A stretch of DNA of 64,000 bases from Bacteroidota bacterium (GCA_025963715.1 JAOQAG010000026.1:80327-144326); one strand, 5' to 3'; positions 8,587 through 19,175 are shown, counted from the first letter of the stretch. The notes: a model not told the origin generated them from the sequence alone. A program made the numbers and translations.

Positions 8587-10127
8587 TATTTCAATCCCAT
8601 TAATACTTTTTTGAAGCTCACTTTTTCATCAATGATCGCGGCAAGTGCGTCAATATTGACACGTTCCTGCGTCATTGTATCGCGGTGGCGGATCGTAACC
8701 GTATTATCTTCCAGCGATTGATGATCGATAGTAATGCAAAACGGTGTTCCGATCGCATCCTGGCGGCGGTAACGCTTCCCGATCGTATCTTTTTCATCAT
8801 ACGCAGTTGCATGATCAAATTTCAACAGATCCATGATCTCACGCGCTTTTTCAGGCAAACCGTCTTTTTTTACCAAAGGCAATACTGCCACTTTTATCGG
8901 CGCTAAAAATGCCGGTAAGTTCAACGCTACACGGGTAGTACCGTCTTCCAGCTTTTCTTCAATATATGCTTTCGACATCACCGCTAAAAATAAGCGGTCC
9001 AGTCCTACCGATGTTTCCACCACGTAAGGCACATAATTCTGATTCAGCTCCGGATCAAAATACTGCAATTTTTTACCGGAATGCTGTTCATGTGCTTTCA
9101 GATCGAAATCCGTACGCGAGTGAATTCCTTCCAGCTCTTTAAAGCCAAACGGAAAATTAAATTCAATATCGCAGGCTGCATTTGCATAATGCGCTAATTT
9201 AATATGATCGTGGAAACGGTAGTTTTTTTCTCCAAAACCCAACGAATTATGCCATTTCATACGGGTTTCCTTCCAGTAGTTATACCATTCCATTTCCGTT
9301 CCGGGACGAACAAAATATTGCATTTCCATTTGTTCGAATTCACGCATCCGGAAAATAAACTGGCGTGCAACAATCTCGTTACGGAATGCTTTACCCGTTT
9401 GTGCAATCCCAAACGGCACTTTCATCCGTCCCGATTTTTGCACATTTAAAAAATTCACAAAAATCCCCTGCGCCGTTTCCGGACGAAGATAAATGGTACT
9501 TGCATCTTCGCTCACAGAACCCATTGCCGTGCTGAACATCAGGTTGAACTGACGAACTTCCGTCCAGTTTTTTGTTCCCGAGACCGGGCACACAATTTCC
9601 GCATCTATAATGATCTGGCGAACTTCTTCTAAATTATTTGCTTCCAGCGCCGTTTTAAAACGGTTCAGGATCGCATCCGCTTTCGCCTGGTTTTCCAGTA
9701 CACGCGCATTGGTTGCACGAAATTGCGCTTCGTCAAATGTATCACCAAAACGTTCTTTCGCTTTGTCCACTTCCTTCTGGATCTTCCCCTCTATTTTCGC
9801 TACATGGTCTTCGATCAGCACATCGGCGCGGTATCTTTTTTTACTATCCTTATTATCGATCAGCGGGTCATTAAAAGCATCCACGTGCCCGGATGCCTTC
9901 CAGGTAGTAGGATGCATAAAGATTGCCGCATCAATCCCCACAATATTCTCGTGCATCTGCACCATCGCTTTCCACCAGTAATCACGCAGGTTTTTTTTCA
10001 GCTCCACACCCATCTGGCCGTAATCGTACACAGCGCTTAAACCGTCGTAAATTTCACTGCTTTGAAAAATAAATCCGTACTCTTTTGAGTGCGAAATAAT
10101 GTTCTTAAAAAGATCTTCCTGGTTCAT
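8586..10127 (-). CDS. glyQS: Glycine--tRNA ligase, homodimeric (alpha2) type
   Basis: Motifs YLRPETAQGIF, FRNEI, REFEQME, ELEGIHSRTDFDL and the anticodon domain IGKRYRRQDAIGTP. Confidence 0.97.
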   Translation of the reverse strand: MNQEDLFKNIISHSKEYGFIFQSSEIYDGLSAVYDYGQMGVELKKNLRDYWWKAMVQMHENIVGIDAAIFMHPTTWKASGHVDAFNDPLIDNKDSKKRYRADVLIEDHVAKIEGKIQKEVDKAKERFGDTFDEAQFRATNARVLENQAKADAILNRFKTALEANNLEEVRQIIIDAEIVCPVSGTKNWTEVRQFNLMFSTAMGSVSEDASTIYLRPETAQGIFVNFLNVQKSGRMKVPFGIAQTGKAFRNEIVARQFIFRMREFEQMEMQYFVRPGTEMEWYNYWKETRMKWHNSLGFGEKNYRFHDHIKLAHYANAACDIEFNFPFGFKELEGIHSRTDFDLKAHEQHSGKKLQYFDPELNQNYVPYVVETSVGLDRLFLAVMSKAYIEEKLEDGTTRVALNLPAFLAPIKVAVLPLVKKDGLPEKAREIMDLLKFDHATAYDEKDTIGKRYRRQDAIGTPFCITIDHQSLEDNTVTIRHRDTMTQERVNIDALAAIIDEKVSFKKVLMGLK

Positions 10128-10184
10128 AGTGGCGCAAAATTAGAAATAAAATTGAAGAATTTTTTGAGGATCGCCTAATTGTTA

Positions 10185-10192
10185 TATATTTG
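10185..10192 (+). promoter_or_regulatory. Bacteroidota primary-sigma -7 element (TATATTTG)
   Basis: Matches TAnnTTTG with TTTG at 10163-10166. A divergent TAATTTTG for glyQS lies at 10135-10142 (-). Confidence 0.7.
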
Positions 10193-10214
10193 GTACAGGA
10201 TCAAACTCATAAAA

Positions 10215-10700
10215 ATGAAACATTATTTCGTACTTTCTATTACCTGCTGCTTGATAGTACTAAGCGCAAAATCGCAGAGTGTTGCACCACAGGTGATTTC
10301 TACTTCGGGCACCAGCTTCAGCAATGCTTCCGGCCAGCTCGACTGGACCATCGGAGAACCCGTAACTTCCGCTTTGAGCGCTTCCGGCAACCAGCTGACC
10401 CAGGGCTTTCATCAGCCCAACCTGGTAATAACCGCGGTGAACGACCTTGCCGCTGATTACTCGGTAAACGTATACCCAAACCCAACCGTTGATTACGTTA
10501 CACTTCACTTCAACAATTTAAAAGAAACGCTTACGATCGAATTATATACAACCGATGGTAAACTATTGGAATCAAAGCAGGTAAACACACTTACAGATCT
10601 GCAGCTGAGCATGGCCGATTATGCTGCCGGAACGTATTTGCTTGCTTTAAGGACAACTAATTCTGCCACTAAAAATTACAAAATAATTAAATCCCATTGA
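10215..10700 (+). CDS. Small secreted protein with a T9SS type-A C-terminal sorting domain
   Basis: Signal peptide from ATG 10215. WTIGEP...LTQGFHQP domain. CTD VYPNPT...GTYLL...YKIIK. Confidence 0.88.
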   Translation: MKHYFVLSITCCLIVLSAKSQSVAPQVISTSGTSFSNASGQLDWTIGEPVTSALSASGNQLTQGFHQPNLVITAVNDLAADYSVNVYPNPTVDYVTLHFNNLKETLTIELYTTDGKLLESKQVNTLTDLQLSMADYAAGTYLLALRTTNSATKNYKIIKSH

Positions 10701-10719
10701 TCCAAATACCCGTACACAC

Positions 10720-11718
10720 ATGAAAAAACTATACTTATTCCTGATATTCAATTGTTTTATAGCTGTGGTATTTGCACAGGCCCCGCAGGGTTTTAATTAC
10801 CAGGCAGTAGCGCGTGATGCTTCCGGCGTGGCTTTAATCAATCAATCCGTTGGCCTGCAAATAAGTCTGTTACAGGGCAGCGCTACAGGAACAGCCGTTT
10901 ATACCGAAACACATACTCTTACTTCCAGCAACATTGGGTTATTAAACCTGACGATTGGTAACGGAACACCGGTTACAGGCACGTTCAGCAGCATTAATTG
11001 GGCGGCAGGCCCTTATTTTGTTGAGATCAGCATGGATGTTACCGGCGGAACAAGTTATGTGCTGATGGGAACACAACAATTAATGAGCGTACCTTATGCA
11101 TTATTTGCTGCCAACAGTGCCAGCGGAGTTGCAGGAGCAACAGGTGCTACCGGAAACGATGGCGCAACCGGAGCAACAGGCCCAATGGGACCAATGGGCA
11201 TGGGGATGCCAGGCATGCCTGGTAGTAATGGAGCAACAGGAGTTACAGGTGCAACAGGAAATACAGGTACTACAGGAGTTGTAGGAACTACAGGTGTTAC
11301 AGGCGCCACAGGAACTACCGGGGCAACAGGAGTTGCAGGAGTAACCGGTGTAACGGGAACAACAGGAGCTACCGGTGCAACACCAGCTTTTGCTGTTCAG
11401 TTCAATTTAGTGGATAACGGTTCGTTTTCAGCATGGCTGATCGGAAACACTTCCGATTATGTTTCCGGATCCAACTCAAATCCTACACTTACGCTGTACC
11501 GCGGCTTTACTTATTATTTTAATGTAACGATAAGCGGGCACCCTTTCCGGATTGCTTCTACCGCCGCATTCCCGGGAACTCCTTTTAACACAGGCGTTAC
11601 CAACCAGGATGCACAAGGCAGCATACTTATTTTTAAAGTACCGATGGACGCACCTTCCACATTGTATTATCACTGTATTTTTCACAGTGGCATGACCGGC
11701 GTGATCAATATTCTATAA
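10720..11718 (+). CDS. Collagen-like (G-X-T) fibre protein with a cupredoxin-like C-terminal tip
   Basis: Signal peptide. N-domain [14 protein letters not shown]...[10 protein letters not shown]. GxT repeats. C-terminal GHPF...YHCIFHSGM. Confidence 0.8.
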   Translation: MKKLYLFLIFNCFIAVVFAQAPQGFNYQAVARDASGVALINQSVGLQISLLQGSATGTAVYTETHTLTSSNIGLLNLTIGNGTPVTGTFSSINWAAGPYFVEISMDVTGGTSYVLMGTQQLMSVPYALFAANSASGVAGATGATGNDGATGATGPMGPMGMGMPGMPGSNGATGVTGATGNTGTTGVVGTTGVTGATGTTGATGVAGVTGVTGTTGATGATPAFAVQFNLVDNGSFSAWLIGNTSDYVSGSNSNPTLTLYRGFTYYFNVTISGHPFRIASTAAFPGTPFNTGVTNQDAQGSILIFKVPMDAPSTLYYHCIFHSGMTGVINIL

Positions 11719-11745
11719 TTAAAATCCTCTAATAAAAAACCGTAC

Positions 11746-13734
11746 ATGAAAAAATTACTTCTACTCCTCCTCTTAAATGGACTTATCATTAATTCATTTG
11801 CACAGGCCCCACAGGGCTTTAACTACCAGGCCGTGGCACGCGATGCTTCCGGTGTGGCGCTTACCAACCAGGCCATTGGCTTACAGATCAGCCTCCGCCA
11901 GGGAACTGCCAGCGGAACCATCGTATATACCGAAACACATGCACTTACTTCCAACAATCTTGGATTATTAAATTTAGTAGTGGGAAACGGAACTCCCGTA
12001 ACCGGCACTTTTAATAGCATCGACTGGGCTGCCGGGTCTTACTTCATTGAAATAAGCATGGATGTAACCGGCGGAACAAGTTATGTGCTGATGGGAACAC
12101 AACAATTAATGAGTGTGCCATACGCATTATATGCAGCAAATGCGGGTAGTTCTGCTGGTGCTACAGGTGCAACTGGAATTACGGGCGCAACAGGAAATAA
12201 CGGAGCAGACGGCGCAACGGGCGCTACAGGAATAGCCGGAGCTACAGGAATGAATGGAACAGATGGTGCCACAGGAAATACAGGCCTTGCCGGAACTACA
12301 GGAGCAACAGGAAACGATGGTGCAACCGGGCCAATGGGCCCAATGGGGATGGGAATGCCAGGCATGCCTGGTAGCAATGGAGCTACCGGTACAACTGGTA
12401 TAACAGGAGCTACCGGAGCAGGAGTTGCAGGAACTACAGGGGCTACAGGAACAACAGGAGCAAATGGAACCACTGGTGCAACAGGTATTACCGGAGCGAC
12501 AGGCGCTGGAGTTGCTGGAACAACCGGTGTAACAGGTACAACAGGTGTGAGTGGAACCACTGGCGCAACAGGTATTACCGGGGCGACAGGTGCAGGTGTA
12601 GCCGGAACAACCGGTGTAACAGGTACAACAGGTGTGAGTGGAACCACTGGGGCTACAGGTATAACAGGAGCTACCGGGGCAGGAGTTGCAGGGGCTGCCG
12701 GAGTAACAGGAACTACAGGAGCAAATGGAACCACTGGGGCTACAGGTATAACAGGAGCAACAGGAACGGGAATTACTGGAGCAACAGGAACTACAGGTAC
12801 GAATGGGAATACTGGTGCAATTGGTATCACAGGAGCTACGGGTGTAGGAATTGCCGGAACTACAGGAGTAACCGGCGCTACAGGTGCGAATGGAACTACC
12901 GGTACTACAGGAGTTTCCGGAACAACGGGTGCAACAGGTATCGGTTACGGCGGCACTTCCAATTCACCAAAAACGCTGGGCACAGGCCCAGGAAAAACAT
13001 ATAGTACACAAGCCGGCCTTGCTTATATCGCAGGAGAGCGCATCAGGTTTGTTGACCAGACAACTTCAACTAACTTTATGGAAGGAACCATTGTTTCTTA
13101 CATTGGCACTACTATAGTCGCTAACATCGATAATGCGGGGGGAGCATTAGGAACAATAGTAAATAACTGGAACCTTAGTGTGGGAGGAAATTTAGGGACT
13201 ACGGGTGTAACGGGTTCAACCGGAGTTGTGGGAAGTGCAGGCGCCACAGGGATTACCGGAGCAACCGGAACCGGAGTTGCCGGAGCGACAGGCTCAACAG
13301 GCGCTACAGGCCCTGCCGGAAGTGCATCCTCCGAATATGCTTACATCTATAATACATCCGCACAATTTGTAACTTTAGGCCAAGCCGTTACATTTGATAC
13401 CAACGGGCCTCTTTCAGCTAACATTACACATAACCCCGGAGTTTCCTATATTTTTATAAATGTATCGGGAGTTTATAAAATTGAATTCTCAGTTTCCGGT
13501 GTTCAAACCAATCAATTCTCCATTTATCAGAATGGCGCATCTGTTGCTGGTGCCAGGTACGGTGCTGCTACCGGGACTACGCAAACTACCGGATTCGTGA
13601 TCATTAATGTTGTTGCAGGTGATGTGATCCAGTTAAACAATACCGGCTCGCCCGGCAGTACAAACCTGTCGGCAAACACAGGCGGGTCACTGGCTGCTGT
13701 AAATGCTTCTATCCTGATCACAAAATTAAATTAA
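11746..13734 (+). CDS. Collagen-like (G-X-T) fibre protein with an internal beta domain and a BclA/C1q-like C-terminal tip
   Basis: Same N-domain as the upstream paralog. Long GxT region with 29-aa units. C-terminal [11 protein letters not shown]...[11 protein letters not shown]...ASILITKLN. Confidence 0.8.
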   Translation: MKKLLLLLLLNGLIINSFAQAPQGFNYQAVARDASGVALTNQAIGLQISLRQGTASGTIVYTETHALTSNNLGLLNLVVGNGTPVTGTFNSIDWAAGSYFIEISMDVTGGTSYVLMGTQQLMSVPYALYAANAGSSAGATGATGITGATGNNGADGATGATGIAGATGMNGTDGATGNTGLAGTTGATGNDGATGPMGPMGMGMPGMPGSNGATGTTGITGATGAGVAGTTGATGTTGANGTTGATGITGATGAGVAGTTGVTGTTGVSGTTGATGITGATGAGVAGTTGVTGTTGVSGTTGATGITGATGAGVAGAAGVTGTTGANGTTGATGITGATGTGITGATGTTGTNGNTGAIGITGATGVGIAGTTGVTGATGANGTTGTTGVSGTTGATGIGYGGTSNSPKTLGTGPGKTYSTQAGLAYIAGERIRFVDQTTSTNFMEGTIVSYIGTTIVANIDNAGGALGTIVNNWNLSVGGNLGTTGVTGSTGVVGSAGATGITGATGTGVAGATGSTGATGPAGSASSEYAYIYNTSAQFVTLGQAVTFDTNGPLSANITHNPGVSYIFINVSGVYKIEFSVSGVQTNQFSIYQNGASVAGARYGAATGTTQTTGFVIINVVAGDVIQLNNTGSPGSTNLSANTGGSLAAVNASILITKLN

Positions 13735-13756
13735 ACAGTTTTTTATAAAAGCCAAT

Positions 13757-13789
13757 ACAGGCGCGGGTATACTATCCGCGCCTGTTTTT
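13757..13789 (+). terminator. Intrinsic terminator of the fibre operon
   Basis: ACAGGCGCGG-loop-CCGCGCCTGTTTTT. Confidence 0.85.
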
Positions 13790-13790
13790 A

Positions 13791-13912
13791 TTTGCCACAG
13801 ATGCACAGATTAAAAAAACAATAAAAAATTGCACAAATTCTTTCAAAATCGCAATGCGATTTTTTTTTCTGTGTAATTTAATCTTAATAAAAAAATCTGT
13901 GAATCTGTGGCA
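13791..13912. repeat. Inverted-arm repeat (GCCACAGATGCACAGATT ... AATCTGTGAATCTGTGGC)
   Basis: Terminal inverted arms, with an internal palindrome AAAATCGCAATGCGATTTT. Confidence 0.7.
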
Positions 13913-13934
13913 TTCCCTTTTACACAAAGCAAAC

Positions 13935-13975
13935 ACACAGATTGGTATATTAGTAAAAATTGGTATTTAGTAGAT
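13935..13975. repeat. Repeat family F' (ACACAGATTxGTATATTxGTA...GTATTTAGTAGAT)
   Basis: Copies at 20195-20235 and 23514-23555. Degenerate copies at 20154 and 23288. Confidence 0.75.
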
Positions 13976-14064
13976 TTAAATCCGCCTCATCCGCGTTCCA
14001 TCACACAGATTCGTAGTTTGGTTCCTGTTCGCTATCTGCACCTAAATTTTCGTATTTTTGCAGC

Positions 14065-14628
14065 ATGATAGCAATTGACAACACCATCGTTTCGGAGCAT
14101 TTACTGGAGAAAAAATTTGTTTGCGACCTCAATGCCTGTAAAGGAGAATGTTGTGTAGCAGGTGATTCGGGCGCACCGCTGGATGAAGAAGAGATCGCCA
14201 TCATGGAAGACATCTGGGAAGAGGTAAAACCTTATTTACCCAAAGACGGTGTGAAAGCCATTGAAAAACAAGGTGTTTTTGTGATCGATGATGATGGCGA
14301 TTACACCACGCCCTTAGTAAAAGGCAAACACTGCGCATTCACCATTTTTAATGATGGCATTGCCAAATGCGGCATTGAGCAGGCATATTACGATAAAAAG
14401 ATCAGTTGGAAAAAACCGGTTTCCTGTCATTTATACCCGGTGCGCATTACAAAATACAAAGATTACGATGCCGTAAATTATCACAAATGGGACATCTGTA
14501 AACCTGCCTGCGAGTGTGGCAGCAAGTTGAACGTTCCTGTATATAAATTTTTGCGCGAACCGCTCATTCGTAAATATGGTGAAAATTGGTACAAACAATT
14601 GGAACTTGCCGATAAATTAAAAAAGTAA
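14065..14628 (+). CDS. DUF3109 family Cys-rich protein
   Basis: Motifs FVCDLNACKGECCVAGDSGAPL, KPVSCHLYPVR and W.ICKPAC. Confidence 0.85.
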   Translation: MIAIDNTIVSEHLLEKKFVCDLNACKGECCVAGDSGAPLDEEEIAIMEDIWEEVKPYLPKDGVKAIEKQGVFVIDDDGDYTTPLVKGKHCAFTIFNDGIAKCGIEQAYYDKKISWKKPVSCHLYPVRITKYKDYDAVNYHKWDICKPACECGSKLNVPVYKFLREPLIRKYGENWYKQLELADKLKK

Positions 14629-15040
14629 TCCCTTCCAAAATATTGATTTTACTACCCTTTTCAGCATACACCAACCCGAAACAGCACTACTTCTAATTGT
14701 GCATTTTTTTCGATTACTGCAAATTTTTTGGAGGATTATTTTTAGTTTTTTTTCCAGTTTTCTTAAACTGCTGTTTTCTAACACATTGGTCAATTTTCAA
14801 CATTCGTCTGTTAATTCTCCGTGTTTATAACTTCGGGCAAATGTTAATTCAATACACTTGACTAGCCAGTTTTTTTTCCAAACATTTGTAGACCACAATT
14901 TCAATAAGCAATACTTTATTAATTAGCTCAAAAAGAAAGAGATAGCCTTTCAGGGGAATTTTTCCCTCTAATTTTAAGGGTTAAGAAATTGTAACGATTT
15001 GAATACCAAAAGATTACACCAGTTTTAAGAGAATATATAA

Positions 15041-16006
15041 ATGGAAGAGCCAATTTTAAAAGAAAATAAAGACCGTTTTGTTTTATTCCCCATAAAACAC
15101 AATGAGATTTGGGAAATGTACAAAAAAGCGGAAGCGAGTTTTTGGACTGCCGAAGAAATTGACCTCGGCCCGGATTTGACTGATTGGGAAAATAAACTGA
15201 ATGATGACGAGAAACATTTCATTAAACATGTGCTTGCTTTTTTTGCTGCAAGCGATGGAATTGTAAATGAAAACCTGGCGATCAATTTCATGAACGAAGT
15301 ACAATATCCGGAAGCACGCTGTTTTTACGGCTTCCAGATCATGATGGAAAATATCCATTCCGAAACCTACTCGTTACTGATCGACACCTACATCAAAGAT
15401 CCGAAAGAAAAAGATATGCTTTTGCACTCCATAGATACATTGCCATGTGTTGGAAAAAAAGCAGACTGGGCACTTAAATGGATCGGTAACGGAACATTTG
15501 CTGAACGTTTAATTGCTTTTGCTGCTGTGGAAGGCATTTTCTTCTCCGGAAGCTTTTGCTCCCTGTTCTGGTTAAAAAAACGCGGATTAATGCCGGGATT
15601 GACCTTCTCTAACGAGCTTATCTCCCGCGATGAAGGATTACATTGCGATTTTGCCTGTTTGCTGTACGCACAGCTTACCAACAAACTGCCAAAAGAAAAA
15701 GTAACCGACATCATTACCAATGCCGTGATGATCGAAAAAGATTTTGTTTCCGATGCATTACCGGTAAGACTCATCGGGATGAACTCCGATATGATGTGCC
15801 AGTACATCGAGTTTGTTGCAGATAGATTGCTCGTAGCACTCGGTTGCCCGAAAGCATACAACGCTACCAACCCTTTCGATTTTATGGAACTGATCTCCCT
15901 GCAGGGAAAAACCAATTTCTTCGAAAAACGCGTGGCAGAATACCAAAAAGCCGGTGTTACCGGAAATAAAGAAGACAATACTTTCAGCCTCGATGCTGAT
16001 TTTTAA
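15041..16006 (+). CDS. nrdB: Ribonucleotide reductase class Ia beta subunit
   Basis: Motifs [22 protein letters not shown] (radical Tyr), EGIFFSGSF and RDEGLH. Confidence 0.97.
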   Translation: MEEPILKENKDRFVLFPIKHNEIWEMYKKAEASFWTAEEIDLGPDLTDWENKLNDDEKHFIKHVLAFFAASDGIVNENLAINFMNEVQYPEARCFYGFQIMMENIHSETYSLLIDTYIKDPKEKDMLLHSIDTLPCVGKKADWALKWIGNGTFAERLIAFAAVEGIFFSGSFCSLFWLKKRGLMPGLTFSNELISRDEGLHCDFACLLYAQLTNKLPKEKVTDIITNAVMIEKDFVSDALPVRLIGMNSDMMCQYIEFVADRLLVALGCPKAYNATNPFDFMELISLQGKTNFFEKRVAEYQKAGVTGNKEDNTFSLDADF

Positions 16007-16133
16007 AAAAAGTAATTTGTATTTAGTCATTAGTAATTCAGACTAAATGCCAATAAAAAAGGAAAGAAATTAAAATTAAAAAGAGACTACTCAAACACCA
16101 TACTAATTACTAAATACTTAATACCCACGATAT

Positions 16134-18566
16134 ATGTACGTAATAAAAAGAGACGGTAACCGCGAATCGGTAAAATTCGACAAGATCACAGCACGCATCC
16201 AAAAACTATGCTATGGCCTGGATCCAATCCATGTAACTCCCATCAGCGTTGCCATGAAGGTAATTGAAGGGATTTACGAAGGTGTAACTACCAGCGAACT
16301 GGATAACCTTGCTGCCGAAACTGCTGCTTCGCTTACCACTAAACATCCCGATTACGCGCTTTTAGCAAGCCGCATTGCAGTATCCAACCTGCACAAAAAC
16401 ACCAATAAATCATTCTCGAAAACCATGGATGATCTGTACACCTACATCGATCCGAAAACCGGCAAAAAAGCGCCGCTGATCGCTGACGATGTACACGAGA
16501 TCATTACCAAAAATGCACAGGAGCTGGATTCCACCATCATCTATGACCGCGATTTCGGTTACGATTATTTTGGTTTCAAAACACTGGAGCGTTCGTATTT
16601 ATTGAAACTGAACGGACAAATTGCTGAGCGCCCTCAACACATGATCATGCGCGTTGCCGTAGGCATCCACAAAGATGATATTGCTTCCGCGATTGAAACA
16701 TACAACCTGATGAGCGAGCGTTGGTTCACACACGCTACACCTACATTGTTCAATGCAGGTACACCAAAACCGCAAATGTCGTCCTGCTTTTTATTAACGG
16801 CAAAAGACGATAGCATCGATGGTATTTACGATACATTAAAATCCTGCGCAAAAATTTCACAAAGCGCCGGTGGCATCGGTTTGAGCATTCACAACATCCG
16901 TGCAACGGGATCATACATCCGCGGTACAAACGGTACATCCAACGGAATTGTTCCGATGCTGCGCGTATTCAATGATACTGCACGTTACGTGGATCAGGGC
17001 GGCGGAAAACGCAAAGGTTCCTTTGCAATTTACCTGGAGCCATGGCATGCGGATATCGCTGATTTCCTTGACCTGCGTAAAAACAACGGTAAAGAAGAAA
17101 TGCGTGCCCGCGATTTGTTTACAGCAATGTGGACGCCGGATCTGTTCATGAAACGCGTAGAAGACAATGCTGAATGGAGCTTATTCTGTCCGAACGAAGC
17201 ACCGGGACTGGCAGAATGCTGGGGTGAAGAATTTGAAGCATTGTATACCAGATACGAAAGAGAAGGCAAAGCACGCAAAACCATCCAGGCACGTGATCTT
17301 TGGTCGGCGATCATCCAATCACAGATCGAAACCGGAAACCCATACATGCTTTACAAAGATGCAGCAAACCGTAAATCCAACCAGCAGAATTTAGGTACGA
17401 TCAAATCGTCGAACCTGTGCTGCGAGATCATGGAATATACTGCACCGGACGAGATCGCTGTATGTAACCTGGCTTCTATTGCCTTGAACCGTTTTGTAGA
17501 AGACGGAAAATTCAATCACCAAAAATTATTTGATGTAACGTATGTCATCACCAAAAATTTAAACAAGATCATCGATCGCAATTATTACCCGGTTGCAGAA
17601 GCACGTTATTCCAACATGCGTCACCGCCCGATCGGAATCGGAGTTCAAGGTTTGGCTGATGCCTTTATCCTGATGCGTTTCCCGTTTGATTCTCCGGAAG
17701 CAGCATTATTGAACAAAGAAATTCACGAAACGATCTATTACGCAGCAATGACTGCTTCTAAAGATCTGGCAATGGTAGATGGTGCTTACGAAACATTTGC
17801 AGGTTCACCGGTATCAAAAGGAGTTTTCCAATTCGATATGTGGGGAGTAACACCATCCAACCGTTGGGAATGGGACATTTTAAAAGAAGAAGTGAAAAAA
17901 CACGGCGTGCGTAACTCTTTATTGTTAGCGCCAATGCCAACAGCAAGCACATCGCAGATCCTTGGTAACAACGAGTGTTTTGAACCCTATACATCCAACA
18001 TCTATTCAAGACGCGTATTGTCCGGTGAGTTCATCATCGTAAACAAACACTTATTGAAAGACCTGGTAAAATTAGGGATCTGGAACGATCGTTTAAAAAG
18101 CAAGATCATCGGTGCAAACGGTTCCGTACAAGGCATTGCCGAAATTCCGGACAATATCAAAGCATTGTACAAAACAGTGTGGGAGATCTCTCAGAAAGTG
18201 ATCATCAACATGGCTGCAGATCGTGGCGCTTACATTTGCCAATCGCAATCCCTGAATTTATTTGTACAGGATGCCAACTTTGCAAAATTATCAAGTATGC
18301 ACTTCTACGGTTGGAAAGCCGGTTTAAAAACAGGAATGTATTACTTACGCACCAAAGCTGCTGCTGATGCAATTAAATTTACAGTAGAAGCAGAAACAGC
18401 AACAGAAATTCCTGAAGTATTGGGCAACGAAGATGTGTTGGTGTTAGAGCGCCAGCAACAAATGAGCGCAGAGCGCCAGGCATTGATGGAAGCAGAGGCG
18501 GAAAAAGCAGCACAGATCTCCTGCTCGCTTGATAACCCGGATGCATGCGAAGCGTGTGGAAGTTAA
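16134..18566 (+). CDS. nrdA: Ribonucleotide reductase class Ia alpha subunit with an N-terminal ATP cone
   Basis: YVIKRDG ATP cone. Motifs [39 protein letters not shown] and C-terminal CEAC. Confidence 0.97.
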   Translation: MYVIKRDGNRESVKFDKITARIQKLCYGLDPIHVTPISVAMKVIEGIYEGVTTSELDNLAAETAASLTTKHPDYALLASRIAVSNLHKNTNKSFSKTMDDLYTYIDPKTGKKAPLIADDVHEIITKNAQELDSTIIYDRDFGYDYFGFKTLERSYLLKLNGQIAERPQHMIMRVAVGIHKDDIASAIETYNLMSERWFTHATPTLFNAGTPKPQMSSCFLLTAKDDSIDGIYDTLKSCAKISQSAGGIGLSIHNIRATGSYIRGTNGTSNGIVPMLRVFNDTARYVDQGGGKRKGSFAIYLEPWHADIADFLDLRKNNGKEEMRARDLFTAMWTPDLFMKRVEDNAEWSLFCPNEAPGLAECWGEEFEALYTRYEREGKARKTIQARDLWSAIIQSQIETGNPYMLYKDAANRKSNQQNLGTIKSSNLCCEIMEYTAPDEIAVCNLASIALNRFVEDGKFNHQKLFDVTYVITKNLNKIIDRNYYPVAEARYSNMRHRPIGIGVQGLADAFILMRFPFDSPEAALLNKEIHETIYYAAMTASKDLAMVDGAYETFAGSPVSKGVFQFDMWGVTPSNRWEWDILKEEVKKHGVRNSLLLAPMPTASTSQILGNNECFEPYTSNIYSRRVLSGEFIIVNKHLLKDLVKLGIWNDRLKSKIIGANGSVQGIAEIPDNIKALYKTVWEISQKVIINMAADRGAYICQSQSLNLFVQDANFAKLSSMHFYGWKAGLKTGMYYLRTKAAADAIKFTVEAETATEIPEVLGNEDVLVLERQQQMSAERQALMEAEAEKAAQISCSLDNPDACEACGS

Positions 18567-18591
18567 TACATTAATCATTTGAACATAAGTG

Positions 18592-18633
18592 AACAAAAAC
18601 CCTAGCAAAATTTGCTAGGGTTTTTGTTTTTTT
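18592..18633 (+). terminator. Intrinsic terminator of nrdBA
   Basis: AACAAAAACCCTAGCAAA-A-TTTGCTAGGGTTTTTGTT followed by T tract. Confidence 0.9.
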
Positions 18634-18653
18634 GTAAAATAAATGAAAATTAG

Positions 18654-18685
18654 TTTGCAAATGTCAAAAAAATTCCTTACCTTTG
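18654..18685 (+). promoter_or_regulatory. Consensus Bacteroidota promoter (TTTG-N20-TACCTTTG) overlapped by a 10-bp inverted repeat
   Basis: -33 at 18654-18657, -7 at 18678-18685. Inverted repeat AATTCCTTAC-N4-GTAAGGAGTT. Confidence 0.7.
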
Positions 18686-18775
18686 TAAGGAGTTCGAAAG
18701 ATAAGCATTACAAAATAGATTTATCTATTTAAATGATATAGTAAATTACATGAATAAATAAAATTACATAGAAAT

Positions 18776-18850
18776 AAAAAAACCGGAGAGATCCCCGGTT
18801 TTATTGAATTAGAGAAGTTGGAACCTTCTACATATTCGGCAATTAACTCT
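18776..18850 (-). ncRNA. Candidate ~75-nt small RNA
   Basis: Minus-strand TATATTTG at 18852-18859 with TTG 20 nt upstream. Internal hairpin AGAAG-N7-CTTCT. Ends in an AAAACCGG...CCGG-T7 terminator. No convincing ORF. Confidence 0.35.
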
Positions 18851-18998
18851 CCAAATATACTTATTCGATAAAATACCTGCAAGGATTTCTCTTTCATTTT
18901 TTAATCTATGTGCAATTATTTCAAATCGCTTCACTGAAATAATTGTACTCGACAATAAAAATTATTGTGAGATAAACGAGCAGAAAGGAGGTTAAAAA

Positions 18999-19169
18999 AT
19001 GGACAATTTAAAATTAAAAGGTCTTGATGGTAAAAGAATCAATATACATGAACATTATGAAGTAATTTCATGGTGTCAGGCATTTGGTTGCACGCAGGAA
19101 GAACTGAAAAAAGCTGTGGCTGCAGTTGGTACTTCAGCAGAAAGCGTAAGAAAGCACCTTAAAAAATAA
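18999..19169 (+). CDS. 56-aa DUF3606-like small protein (not in the ORF track)
   Basis: MDNLKLKGLDGKRINIHEHYEVISWCQAFGCTQEELKKAVAAVGTSAESVRKHLKK. AGGAGGT ribosome-binding site at 18986-18992. Terminator at 19176-19204. Confidence 0.85.
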   Translation: MDNLKLKGLDGKRINIHEHYEVISWCQAFGCTQEELKKAVAAVGTSAESVRKHLKK

Positions 19170-19175
19170 GTAAAT

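Noticed and set aside
8297..8614. 105-aa ORF
   Set aside because: Built from a REP palindrome (HCHPGPDPGS), a terminator and heptamer tracts.
11094..12830. Pro/Val-rich minus-strand ORFs 11094-11309 and 12081-12830
   Set aside because: Antisense shadows of the Gly-X-Thr codons.
17407..17430. NrdA active-site variant NLCCEI
   Set aside because: The catalytic N, C and E are intact and the middle position of NLCxEI is variable. No intein or intron was seen.
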